Below, piece by piece: positions 26,735 to 41,160 of a stretch of DNA of 64,000 bases. The stretch lies in assembly GCF_009914755.1 (NCBI RefSeq), contig NC_060937.1; one strand, 5' to 3'. Positions within the stretch are counted from its first letter, which is position 1, and each line of letters begins with the position of its first letter. The notes under the pieces are model-generated. The model was not told the origin of the DNA and did no database searches. It saw only the letters and a program-made list of their open reading frames with translations. Origin of the DNA: the human T2T-CHM13v2.0 reference genome, Homo sapiens. The translations under genes and the position numbers were made by a program.

Positions 26735-26900
26735 AATTATTTAATTTTCTTGAATAATCAGTCTGTGCTAAGCACTGGGCTGAACAATTTATCAAAGGTT
26801 ATCTCATTTTATTTAATATTTGCAAGAGTTTTTTTTATTGTTTCCACGTGAAATATACAAGAGAAAAGATATGTGATTTTCCCAAGTTCACATAGTAAAC
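26735..26900 (-). mobile_element. MIR remnant
   Basis: TGTGCTAAGCACTGGGCT...TTATCTCATTT...GTGATTTTCCCAAGTTCACATAG. Confidence 0.55.
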
Positions 26901-29900
26901 TTAAAATCATCTTATAGCAACCACACAATGACTCTAAGTGTTATAAAGTTGGTGCCACCTTTTTAAAAAGCTTGTATTTGCTAGGACATCTGTTCTGAAA
27001 AGGGAATACATTATAGTGGAACAAAATCCATTTTATGTTTTTTCTTTTCAGTTTAGGATAACTCTAATGTCTCTTCTATATTGCAGTCTTCTAAAAGTGT
27101 GAAGAAAATTATTAATTATGTCTTAAATTATATCCTCCCCAAGCTAAATATTTACTTATGTGATCACTATTCTAGATTAAAAAGAGAAACCTAGGGGAAC
27201 TGAAAAGAAAAACACTCAGCCAGTCCATTCCTTTCAATTAACTTAATACCCTTATTTCTTCTAATCCCACAAAGATAATTCATTCTTAAAAATTGTATTC
27301 ACATAAAAGATTTGTTTATTTAACTTGAAGATGTTCATTCCCCCCGTGTACTACTCAGTCACTCTTTCTCATCTTCAAAGTTGTGTTGTCACTATTTCAA
27401 TGTGACATTTTCATTTATCTGTTTAACTGTTTCTTTTTATCTATCCTCCACTAAAATTCTGAAGTTTCATCAAACAGGCTATTCTGAATTCTCTATATGT
27501 TTCTAGACATGTTTCTAGAATTGTCTTTGGCACATATTTCTTCTTGCAGTTGAATCTGTGTGACTCTGATTTAAATTGCTTTAATAACAAATATTTTCTT
27601 CAGCTTCCATTCTTGCATATTTCCGTGTTTCTCTTAAAATAGAGTTCCCATAAAATAATTAAATTATCCAGCTAAAGGAGAATACAGTTGTCATATCTCT
27701 TTCCCTAAATATTATGCAACTGTAATTGTATCTGAAGTTCACATTAATGTTTTTATTGGCATGACATATACACAAGAGATGAATAGGGAGAAACTGAATA
27801 TTCAAGACAGAATCAAGAAAATTAATGGAACATGATCCAAGAAAAGGTAGGAGCCAAGACTTGGAAACACAGATATTAGAATTTGCCTAAGAAAGACATA
27901 GGACACCTCTTTCTCTAAGACAGTTGTAAGAGTAGAGAATAGGTAAAGTTAAGGCAGGGATGTAACGAAGAAGCAAGTAAAGAAAATTGCATTTTAACAT
28001 TTTATTTTATTGCTATTAAACTCTTAACGAATATATCTTTTACATTTCTATGTTGGCAATAAGTTCAAGCGATAACAACAGCAAAACTGCAATAGAAACT
28101 TGAATAATATAAATAAGAATAATATTGATAATTGCTAATATGTATTGAGTATATGTGTGAGACAGTCTTCTATGGACTTGAATTGAGTTAGATTATTATA
28201 TTATCATAATGACAATATAACCTATTATATTTCTTTTATATCTATGCTCTTAACTGTAGAACAGAGTTTTCAACCTTTGTTTAAAATAGTTCATTTACAT
28301 TTAAATGAATGATAATTGGTGGTGATAGTCACTTTATAATGATGTGAATTTGGAATTACTATTTTTCTGCACTATTTAATTAATGCAATGATTCTTCTTT
28401 TGCTTGCTTTCCATGACAAACTGACCCATTTTTACTATACCTTTAGGTAAATAATTTAATAAAAATGAGAAAGTGGTTTTTCTGGTTCCTATTTCTCTGT
28501 TATGAGCATACAAATATTACGTTTTCTACCATAATTATTGTCATTTTATTTTCAGGCTTCTCTACATAATTAGATGTTATTAGAATACTTATAGATTAGA
28601 ATTACACAATAGAACTTTCTGTAACTGTTGCTAATAACTCACAACCTTGGGTAATTTTTCTCTCCCACTATTGACACTTTCAGTTGTTTCTGATCTGGTA
28701 TGAGTTTGGAAAAATGCTAGGGAAAAGGGGAATGTTCTATTTTCTATTTTCTATTCAGTATACAGCCTGTAGATCCCTTTGAAAAAAAATCAAAAAAATT
28801 TCTATAAAGATTCAAAGATAATTTACAGAAAATAGAATGCTACCTTTTATGTTAAAAAAATACTTTTAAGAGCCATTACTCCTGCTAAATATGCTGAAGT
28901 GCTAGTTTCTGAAGAGGCAGCAGTAATGTTATTCACTGGGTACAGTTCTTCGTTTTAATCATCATTCCTAAACTTTCATCGTATTCAAGCTGTCACCTCC
29001 AGTTCTAATGTCTCATTGATTTTGGAAGTCATAGTCGTTTCTTCTTTTACATTTCTGTCAAGACAGTTGTGTAGGATAATAAAAATTCGAGTGCCTTAAA
29101 AGGAGTGTCTTACTTTGTGTCTATAACTTAGTTTCGTAGAAGACTTTGAGTCTGATATTGAACCATCGGTAGTAAAACTAGGAATGTGAATCCATGTGAA
29201 CTTGTATTATTGAGCCATATTTTAAGACACTTAATTTTTTAAATTAATTTTTCTGAATTGCAAATGCATTCAATCATATTAAATGTTTTTATTTAAGATA
29301 CCTCTTGTTTTACTAGATTGTTACTTGTTTACAGATTGTTACCCTCTTTATATTATACAATACTTAACTTTTCATTCACACTGTAGATTTAGCACTGGAA
29401 TATATATAATTTCATATTCATTATTTATAAATTTTATTTATTTGTTACCTTAACTTCAAATCATAGAATTTAAGATTTAGAAATATGCATGCCAAAATTT
29501 CCTCAGAGATAAATGTCACTTTTAATGCTTCCACAATGAGAAATCATTAGAAATGACTAGAGCATGGTGGTAACACAACAGAGAAATAATACGTACTCAC
29601 CTACGTCACCTAGAATTACCACTGATAATCTTTTATAATCTTTTACCATGTTATGAAATATTTGTTTTTATACAGATGTCTACTCTCAAAATAATGAAAT
29701 TGGATCACAAGCAGAAAATGTTTCAGTCCACAGTTCTCCCATATCCTACATTAAAGCGACTCAAAGTAGATTAGCAATACCTAGCCATGTATTTGCATAA
29801 TAGCTTTTCCTTTTCCTTTTTGTTACCCCAACTGATTACATGAGAGCACCACTTCTATTCTATTATTCCCTTGAGAAAAACCAGCTGCCCATTATGTAAA

Positions 29901-30927
29901 ATTCATGTAATTTGCTGGTTTAAAGAACATTGTCTAAACTATTGGCTTTGGTCTTCATCTTAAAATATCAAAGGAGACAAGGCCCCTGATGAGATTCTAC
30001 TGGGGATTTCTTCCATTTCTTTAAAATTAGTATTTAAAGGAGGAAATTTAGATGATAGGTAAAATCTTTATAAATCTTTGTCACATGTAAATTCTGATAA
30101 CTTATCTCTATAAATAATTGCATGAGTCTCCTGGTATTAAGGGGAACGCATGTTCATGAAATCTCCTAAAATTCCACGGGTCAAAATTTTTATTTTCTTT
30201 ACATTATTCCAGGGCACTCCTGTGGCCATTTCTCAGTATAGTTTAGTAGAACAAAAAAAAAAGGGATGATGTATAACACTCCTGAGATGCAAGTAATGCA
30301 CATCGACATTTTCTAATACTGTAATCAGGCATTATAGGTATCACACCATTAACAGAATATATATTTGTTGAGTGTCTATTTTATATAGGAGACTATTTTT
30401 CTCTCTATGGGAGATGATAAAAGGGTAAGTGCTCGTAATTTATTGAAAGAACTTAATAAAAAAGTGAGAAAATTATGACATAGAGATAAATATTTATACT
30501 CACAGCCTGATGGTGTTTTGGTAAAAGAGAGAAAGATATGGCTAGGGAGGTATAGGCAAATGTGTGAAGATGTCATGAAAGTGATATCTACATTATGTAT
30601 CAGAATCCCTAAAATATTGAGGATATAGCACAATAAGCAGAAAGAATGCATTAAAATTCAATAATGGAAAGGTTAGAGGTATATTTTAAAATCCATTGTT
30701 ATCTAAATTGAAATACAGAGAATATTAGAAGGAAAAGGTGAGGCTAGAGCCAAGAGGGCCTAGAGTGACCCTAGAGGGTCAAGTGCTTGTCATGGGTAAG
30801 TGGTAGTTATTGGAGAGTATTGAAAAAAGTAATGGCATAATTACATCTATGATTAGATTATGTCGATAATACAATAAAATATTCAGAGCAGGGTAAGGAT
30901 ATGTAATATTAAGCAAGATTAGAACTA

Positions 30928-31350
<423 letters not shown>

Positions 31351-32258
31351 TTACATGATATCATAACCAATTATAAAAAATAAAAAGATGTAAAAGTATC
31401 AGTTATGTATTATTTTACTAATTTGTAGGGTACCTATGATTACATATTAATATAAGAATTTCTATATATTCTTACATTGTTTACATGAAGGCAACAGAAC
31501 AGAAGTGATTATGGATATAATGATGTTGGTCATGGCTCATATTTGTCTCAGAACAAAAGGCCAAACCCTCTACTACTCCTTCTGTGAGCTTTGTTGCTGT
31601 GTACTTGTCATTAATGTAACACAATCAAAGCAACACCTTTGTTCAGAGATATCTTTTCTCCTAATGCCTCATATGTCCACACACTGCCTGCTGTCATTTT
31701 CAAGTCACCAGAGCTCATTGTATTTGGTTTCCAATTGTGGCGCAATATCTTCATTAATGTGTGCAGTTATCTTTTTTTCAAATTAATTGTTATTTGTCAT
31801 ATATATATATGCATATGTTTGTGTTTACCCTACCTTGTTCCAGAAAGAATTTAAAGTAACTTATAGTGTGTTATATAACATATTGAAAAAATAAGAGTAA
31901 GAAAACCAAGGCTACAAACAAACAAACAAAAATACTAAAAGTAAGTGTGACTGCAGCACCAAAAAATATGCATTTCATAAAAATGTATATACTTACTTGG
32001 TGTAGCCAAAAATTTGCTCATATACTTTTCCGTTAACCAAGATAAAGAGAAAACCTGATCAGTTATAAGATTCACAGAAATTAACTAAACAATACCATAG
32101 AAACAAAACGATTCCTGATCTTAAGTACAGAGAGAGAATCTCCTAAGAGACATAATAAAGAAGACTCTGGCTTTCTTGTATCACTTTCATATTTTGTTGA
32201 CAATACATTCATTGAATTTTGTTGTAATGACATGTATCTTCAAAGATAAGAAAATATT

Positions 32259-32631
<373 letters not shown>

Positions 32632-32839
32632 CTACTGAATGAGGAGGAAAAGAGAATTTGGGAGTGTTGTTTTTTTTGCATTTTCCATTTATCAAGTCTC
32701 ACATTATTCCTAAAGTTAATATTTTGTGTACTTCACCCCAGTGCCTACGTAATTAATTTTTTCACAAAATTTATTAAATTCACAAAATGTTATTTCCTTT
32801 GGACATAATTGCATATTCAGAAAAACTGTATTATTCTTG

Positions 32840-34340
32840 GTTTCTCTTTAAGCATACCCAAATATTAATTAAATGCCAATTTGTACCTGGTATTGTGCTT
32901 AGTTCTGGTAGTACAATGATGAGCAAAAATAGATGAGTCTAGGTCTTCAATGAGATTGTAATGTAGAACAAAAATCTTTAAAAAAATTTTAATAAACTGC
33001 AAACAAGTTACATGCTTTGAAAAAAACAAATGTATTATGTGTCTATAAACACGATCAACCAAAGAGCATGACTTAGGCTTCAAATTTGCAAGAGAATTCC
33101 CTAGGAAGAGCTACTTGTGAAGCTGTCTGAAAGATTAAGAAATGGTAATTTATATTAAGAAAAACTTTTTCAAAGGAAACAGCTTGTGTAATGTTCTTCA
33201 AGTACAAATAAGCACATGCTTTTGTCCAGGCATGGTAGTGCACACCTGAAATCCCAGCACTTTGGGAGGCCAAGGTGGGCAGATAACCTGAGATCAGGAG
33301 TTCAAGACCAGCCTGGCCAATATGGTGAAACCCTGTCTACTAAAAATACAAAAATTAGCCGGGTGTGGTTGTGGGCACCTATAAGCCTAGCTACTCCAGA
33401 AGCTGAGGCAGGAGAATTGCTTGAACCCAGGAGGCAAATGTTGCAGTGAGCTTAGATCACGCCACTGCACTCTAGCCTAGGAAAGAGAGAGAGACTCCAT
33501 CTCAAAAAATAAATAAATAAGCACGTGCATTTGAAGAACAGTAAAATGGTAAGTGTGACTGCAGCACCAAGAACAAAAAGAAACACGACATGAGATAAAG
33601 TTGGAGAAGGAGAGAGGGGCCAGTGCATTCAAGACCCTGCCAAGATTTTGGCATACATTCCATGACCATTGACGAGTCTTTAAAAGTTCTTAATGAGCCC
33701 AGTGAAAAGTCAGTTTTATATTTTAAAGAAAAAAAGATTGGTTTCATAACAGAAAATGTATTGAGAGAAATCCAGAAACTTGCTCTTGGATTTGTTGGGT
33801 TTGATGTTTCTTAGAGCTATGTGAAATCTATCAAGGGACAGTTGGATTGACAAGGGTGAAATACATTTTGGCAACTCAACTGATAATATTACCTTGGGGG
33901 CATTTAAATATAAAGTGTATTAAAGCCATGTCTGGAGATGAGGTCTTCACATATTACTTCTAACTTTTTTTTTATATATGACATGTCCACATTCTTCTCA
34001 TCCTAAGCCCATTATTTCTTCAAAGAAATCTTAATAACAGTTTTAAACTTTTAATTGTGTCTTAAAAGAAAAATAGGAATTGATAGAGGAGAGTCGATGA
34101 AAAAACTAAGCAAACTGTGCCACGGCACAGAGGTGTGAATGAGCTCTCAGGGAAGAGTGAATGGCTCAAAATGTTTGACGGTCATGATTCACGTAGAGAA
34201 ACCCTCAAAAGTGAGTTTGGAATAACAGGGTGGAGACAGATCATGAAAGACACTGCCGATTCTGTTAAAGAACTGGACATTTCCATACAAGTGAATGAGA
34301 AACTAAAAAGCCATTGGAGGTATTTAGTAAGGTAAATATG
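32840..34340 (-). mobile_element. L2 fragments, interrupted by an Alu
   Basis: Antisense L2 motifs (AAATATTAATTAAATGCC, AGTGTGACTGCAGCA, CAGATCATGAAAGAC, AAAGCCATTGGAGG). Confidence 0.6.
33224..33514 (+). mobile_element. AluSx-like
   Basis: Full dimer; TSD AAATAAGCACATGC / AAATAAGCACGTGC. Confidence 0.95.
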
Positions 34341-34724
34341 TGTTAAATTATTGGATATAGAAGTTTATTTTGTTCTTGGCACAAGATGCTTAAATTCTTG
34401 TCAAAAATTATATCTTTCCAGGTCTGTATTACTTCTTTAGCTACATATTCAGAATTTACCTCATACTTAATGTAAAGCCATAACTTGTGTTCTACTTTAC
34501 TACATTTCATCCCAACTTGTACTCATTCTGGCAGCACTGCTATTCTGTTCCATTTCCAATACAATAAATTTAATTTGAATTTACTGAGTTTCTATATTTT
34601 AAATATAGTACATTATTTTCATATCTAACATGTATGTAACGCCAACATTATCCCAAATAGTATAGTAAATGCTGCAAGTGTCTGAGAAAAACTAGGTGTC
34701 AGTGTTATTACTTTTCTTGAAAAA

Positions 34725-35029
<305 letters not shown>

Positions 35030-35585
35030 TAATTCTTTCTTTTCACTTTGAAATTAATTTTTATATTTGTTCATTTATTTGTTTAACACATAATAATATT
35101 TAGTAATTATGAGAGCTAAGGCAACAACATGATGCTGGTGTTATTTTAAGATTTTTGTAGATTTAACAACTTTTATCTGCAGAAATACTTTAAAAATGTT
35201 TAAATCACTTTTGAAGAAGTAAGAAAAAGTTATGTTATTATACTCAACTTTCATAAAGTGAAGCAGAAGAAACATTGATGTATTTGTCCAGGGTCATAAA
35301 GCTTAAAAGTGAAATAGCTTAAGTTAAACCTAGGCAGTATGAATGTGAGCCTACAACCTTGGTAGTCACTACACTATTCTGTCTCACACTATAATAAAGA
35401 GTAAATAATATATATGTGTGTGTATATGTGTGTGTATATATATATATACACACACAAATATGTATATATAAACATGTATTGTCTATATATTACATATATA
35501 CTATATGTATTATGAATAAAAAAATGGTATTTATAATTTGCCATCTATTTAACTGGTATTATACAACATACTTGAGAGAGAGTGC

Positions 35586-35617
<32 letters not shown>

Positions 35618-35893
35618 GGAGTCTCCCTCTGTTGCCCAGGATGGAGCACGGCGGCATGACCTCAGCTCACTGCAATCTCTGCCTCCTGGGTTCAAACGAT
35701 TCTCCTGCCTCAGCCTCCTGAGTAGTTGGGATTACAGGCACCCACCACCACACCTGGCTAATTTTTGTATTATTAGTAGAGACGGAGTTTCACAGTGTTG
35801 CCAGGCTGGTCTCAAACTCCTGACCTCAGGTGATCCACCTGCCTCGGCCTCCCAAAGTGCTGGGTTTACAGGCGTGAGCCACCACACCTGGCC
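35586..35893 (-). mobile_element. AluSx-like
   Basis: Long poly-T; TSD AGAGTGCTTT on both sides. Confidence 0.95.
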
Positions 35894-36789
35894 AAGAGTG
35901 CTTTAAAATATAGACAGATTTTGTCTTCATTTCAGTTTATACTTGCATGAAGAAAATCAGATTAAAAATAATTTTAAAATGAGATTGAAATTTTGTGATA
36001 TTGTGAGTGCACATAACAGAAGCACATGATCTCATAGATGAAAGGTTGTAAGAATTAGATGAAACTTACCATAAAATGTGGTATTTCTTTGGCTATTCTT
36101 TGGAAAAATCTAAAGATAAGAGTTGTTATGCTAGAAGGGGACTCGGATAAGGTGGTCACTTCTCTCTGCATAATTCTGTGATTTTTATATTCCTCTCTAT
36201 TCAGTAATATAAATGCAAATATAGAGAAAGCCACTCTGCTGAGTTTTAAATTTCCATGTCCACACTCAATGTTAGTATAATAGCATAATACAGGAAAAAG
36301 AAAATGGATAACAGAAATTTCTAGGTGATGCAACAGACCCTTGACTTAAAATTGGAGATGGAAACATGAGCAACAGAAAAGGTTGATAGATAAATAAACA
36401 GATCACTAAGGAAATATCTATATAAAGTCAACAGATCCAGCCTGATAGATCCATTTGAGAATAAAAAGTTTATGGTAATTGTCGAAATAGAAGCTACGGT
36501 TTGTATTTGAGAGTTTATTAATCAATTAAATCATAACATATTTCCAGTAGAAAAGAACATGCATTGTGTACTGATGAAAATAGAAGAAAGGTGATAAAAA
36601 AAAAAGAATGTAATTAGAAATGCGAAGATCAAGGAAATGAGAGGGCAGTGTTGAAATGAATTACCCATTTAAATTTTAGAATCATGCAGTGTACAAGGAC
36701 CTCAAGTGTGTATGTGTATGCATGTGTGCATGGGTGTGAGTGTGTTTTTTCATTTTCCCTAGTTTGTATCAATAAGGACTGTTTTTGCT

Positions 36790-37045
36790 ATAAATACAGT
36801 ATTAGAAATGAAATATTAGAATGAGATAAATAGAACATTAAAAATTTAGAAAGAAAAAATGTGAACTTGAAGACAAGACAATTGAAACTATCTAAACTGT
36901 AGCTCAGAGAAATAAAAATAATTGAACAGAGCTTCAGTGACTTGTGTGACATCAGGAAGCCTAAAATATGTTTAATTGGAGTTCTAGAGGAAAGAGGAAG
37001 TAATATTTGAAAAATTATACATATAATATTTACCAATTTGAAAAA
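36790..37045 (+). mobile_element. L1M ORF1 fragment
   Basis: GTGAACTTGAAGACAAGACAATTGAAACTATC...GAACAGAGCTTCAGTGACTTGTG...TAATTGGAGTTCTAGA (ELED..IE / EQS..DL / IGV-E). Confidence 0.7.
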
Positions 37046-37126
37046 GTCTAGTTATAGGACTGCTTTAGGTTTTATTAAATAAGTAGCTCACAAATCATGG
37101 AGAAATGAGAATCTTTGATCATTTTC

Positions 37127-37465
<339 letters not shown>

Positions 37466-40400
37466 TGATCATTTTCCTGTGTTGTCCTTAGTATGTTAAA
37501 CTCAGACTAGCTGCCTTCTAGCCAGAAAATGAATGACATATCTCAAATAATCAAATGTGCAGCAGAAAATGTACAACAGAAATAAAGAACATTTGAAATT
37601 CTTTTTATGAACATAAATAAAAACATTGCCAAAGCAGATTGGAAAATGTCTCTTGTGACTCTGGCCAGAGTCAAATTATGTGTCCTCTTCTAACTAACTC
37701 CATCTGTTAATGAGAATGGGACTACCACTGAAGTCTTGCCACCATAAAAAGAGAAGAAAATGGCCCTTGAGCAGACAAATTATAGTATCTGCCACATTCT
37801 GTTTCCTGTCCCTGTAGGTCATTCATCAGTTTATACACAGTGTAACTCAGATAAGCACCTACAGGCTTGTTTTACTCTTTGATCTCCTTCCATTTCTATA
37901 TTTTTCATTGACCTCTCTATTTCTACCTATTCACATCACTTACTCTTAGTCTTTTCTTGCCTAAAGATACCACATACACGAAGTATGTGTGTCACTGGAA
38001 GTTATTTTCATCATTAATATTCTTAGATTACAATAAAACAAAAACATACAATCTTCCACTTGCTAACATTGATCACCTCTTCATAGTATAGCTTCATTCA
38101 TCGTAAATCATAAATGTATGTATCCCCCATATGGAATTCTACCATAGCACTCTTATTTTAAATGTACATATTAAATTAATTTTTCAAGCCTACCAAGGAT
38201 TAGAACACTGCTATGTGCCAAATCAAATTAGAGTTTGCATTTTCTAATGTGTACCACAGTACAAAGTGGAAATTGGTCAGAAAGGGGGGTAAAAAATAGT
38301 GAGAGACTCAGACTGAGAAAGAAAACAAAAAGTAAATGTGGGAATTGATGCTTGCACTTTGAATGGCAGGCAGAGGTAACAGATTTGGGATATTCAAACA
38401 AATAATTATATTGCAATGTGTTAAGAGTTATAAGAATAATGTGATTTAAAAGAATAGGGTAGGGTTTTAAAGATTAATTTCTGGAAGAGAGAGTATATTA
38501 AAGGGGATAACTTTCAGCTTGTTTTTAAAAATAAAAATTCTCAGGGAGAGAGGGAGATGTAAGTCCATTCTGCAGTAAAGGAAAAGTTGTTGTAGATGCA
38601 AATACGTATGAAAGATAGACACTAACATTGAAATGATAGCATTATAATTAAGATGTAATATTCTTAAAGAAGTAGTAGATGATTAAACCAGGTAAGTAGA
38701 CTAAACATAATTATGAGCTATTGTTTCTAACAATTCTTATGATATTTATATTTCTATAAGAAATGTGGGACTGTATTTCATATTATTATTTATTAGTAAT
38801 TTTATCTGTTCTTGCAGGTAAATGTCTTGGTGGTTAGTACAAGGTGCTTCCAGAACCCTCCATGATTGTGGGAAAAAACTTAAAAAAATAAAAGACCGTA
38901 TATCTCTTAGGTTTGACTGAGTTATCATTAGTAATATTCAGCAGTGTAAATAAATTGCATGTAATATTTTGCCTCTGTTGGAAAAGGGATAGTTTACTTG
39001 TAAAGGTCATCTTGGCTGGATGGCAATGGCTCTTTGGACATTAAGCTAATGTATTCAGGAGTGAGTCTGATGCCATTTTGTATGCATTACATGCTGTCGA
39101 GAGAAACTGCACTTTGGTAAAAATGATGGGAGAAGGCCTTTGGAAAATGTGAACGCTAATTTGATTTGGCACATAGCAGTGTTCTAATCTTTGGTGGGGT
39201 TGCAAAAATTAATTTAATATGTACATTTAAAATCAGAATGCTTGTGGATGGAATCCCAGATGTGGGATACATACACCCACTCATGTGCTCACACACATAC
39301 AAATGCACACACACTCAGAGATGTAATGTTGAGTTTAGGCATTTAAAATTCAAACATTCCGTTCAGACCAACTTTTACTTATATTGCACAGTATCACTTT
39401 GAAGATTGTCAGTTCCACCTAGCTTAGGTCCTTATCTTGTTGGGAATATAATAGTCTCTGGGTGATTTTCTTCTTTTCCTTAGTAAAGCTTAAAGATGTT
39501 CTTTAGTTTAACCAGAACAAAAAAGTGGAAAAGAAAGCCTGAGTACTTGTGATATACATTAAATGGCTCACTAAATAAGAGATATAGAAAAAATTGTAAA
39601 TTTCCGACCAATAAAGCTATTAAAACCTGTTTATATTGGGACTCCTTTCTCAATGCTGTTTATTGTATTTTTATTAAATAAACTAATGTAACTCTAAGTA
39701 TATTTTAAATTTGTGTATTATATTCAGTAAACACATAATCAGCTTTAAAATGTTTAATTGAAACAGACCTACAAAGTTTTAACATAGTTTGAATTGAGAA
39801 GGCAATCCACCTAATTAATGACACACATGTATTGCCCATGTGGATTTAAACACATTATCTATACATGTCATCCAAACCAAACTATGATATATGTATTGTG
39901 TTAATAATCTATTTTGGATTAATTCTTGCTGAGACAAAAGGTATATTCTTTGTTTTAATTTAAGGTGCACTTAATGGTTATCAAACTGAGCTTATCTTTA
40001 AAGATTATATTCATCTAATTGATGGGAGTGCTGCTCCTCATAGTCATCACAGTATGATTCAATTTACTAGTGAAGGCAGGATGCCTTTATGAATAATTTC
40101 ACAGTGGGATTGAAAACTTATTCCCAAACAGTTAGTGACTATTTTTGTACCTGAGTGGGAGAGTGAAAAAACATTCCATACTTATAAAAAACAAAAAGTT
40201 AGAAAATGAAGTGGAAAATTATAAGATTACATGTATTGTTTATGTTTTGTTTGAATGGATTGACTTTTGAAAAATAACTAAGAATTTATGTTCATTTCTG
40301 CTTTGAATTAAAATGTTTGATTCAACTATCTGCATAATTGATTACAATAGAGTACAAAATAGAAATGAATAAATATGATGACTATATTTTTAAAAATTAG

Positions 40401-40540
40401 AAAAAAGACATCATTACTGGTGCTTAAAATTTCTTTGTCCTATAAAATCAACTTGAGATAGCCATTGCTAATGTAGAAAAATGCCATCTAGTATTCAATT
40501 TAGATTTCTTTGAAAGAAGATTATTTTTAAAATATACCTT

Positions 40541-40812
40541 ACAGGGAGTGGTGGCTTATACTTGTAATCCCAGCATTTGGGGAGGCCAAGGCAGAGGATC
40601 ACTTGAGCCCATGAGTTTGAGACTAGCCTGAGTAAATAGCAAACCCCATCTCTACAAAATAAAAAAGTAAAAATAGCCTGATGTGATGGTGTGCACCTGT
40701 GGTCCTATCTACAAGGGATCCGGAGATGGGAGAATCTCTTGAGCCTGGGAAGTTGAAACTGCAGTGAGCTATGATCAAGCCACTGTACCCCACTCTGGGC
40801 AACAGAGTGAGG

Positions 40813-40820
<8 letters not shown>
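40541..40820 (+). mobile_element. AluJ
   Basis: GGATCACTTGAGCCC, CTTGAGCCTGGGA and GTGAGCTATGATC J-type diagnostics. Confidence 0.92.
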
Positions 40821-40871
<51 letters not shown>

Positions 40872-41160
40872 GATATAGATATATAAAATATATATATAAT
40901 ATATATAAATAAAATATATAAAATATATATAAAATATATATAATATATATTATATATAATATATATTATATATTATATATAATATATATTATATATAATA
41001 TATATTATATATAATATATATTATATATAATATATATTATATATAATATATATTTTATATATTATATGAAATTATATAATTTTATATATAATATATATAA
41101 TATATATTTATATATATTATATATAAAAATATATATTATATATATAAAATATATATATTT
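40818..41160. repeat. (CT)n-(AT)n microsatellite followed by an AT-only minisatellite (unit about TATATATAATATATAT)
   Basis: Direct reading; lies inside the AluJ near-TSD TAAAATATACC / TAAATGTACC. Confidence 0.95.

Noticed and set aside
36070-36109. 40-nt minus-strand micro-exon (TTTAG| ... ATG|GTAAGT)
   Set aside because: The donor is strong, but the pyrimidine tract is short, the peptide is unrecognisable and there are no partner exons; such motifs are expected by chance.
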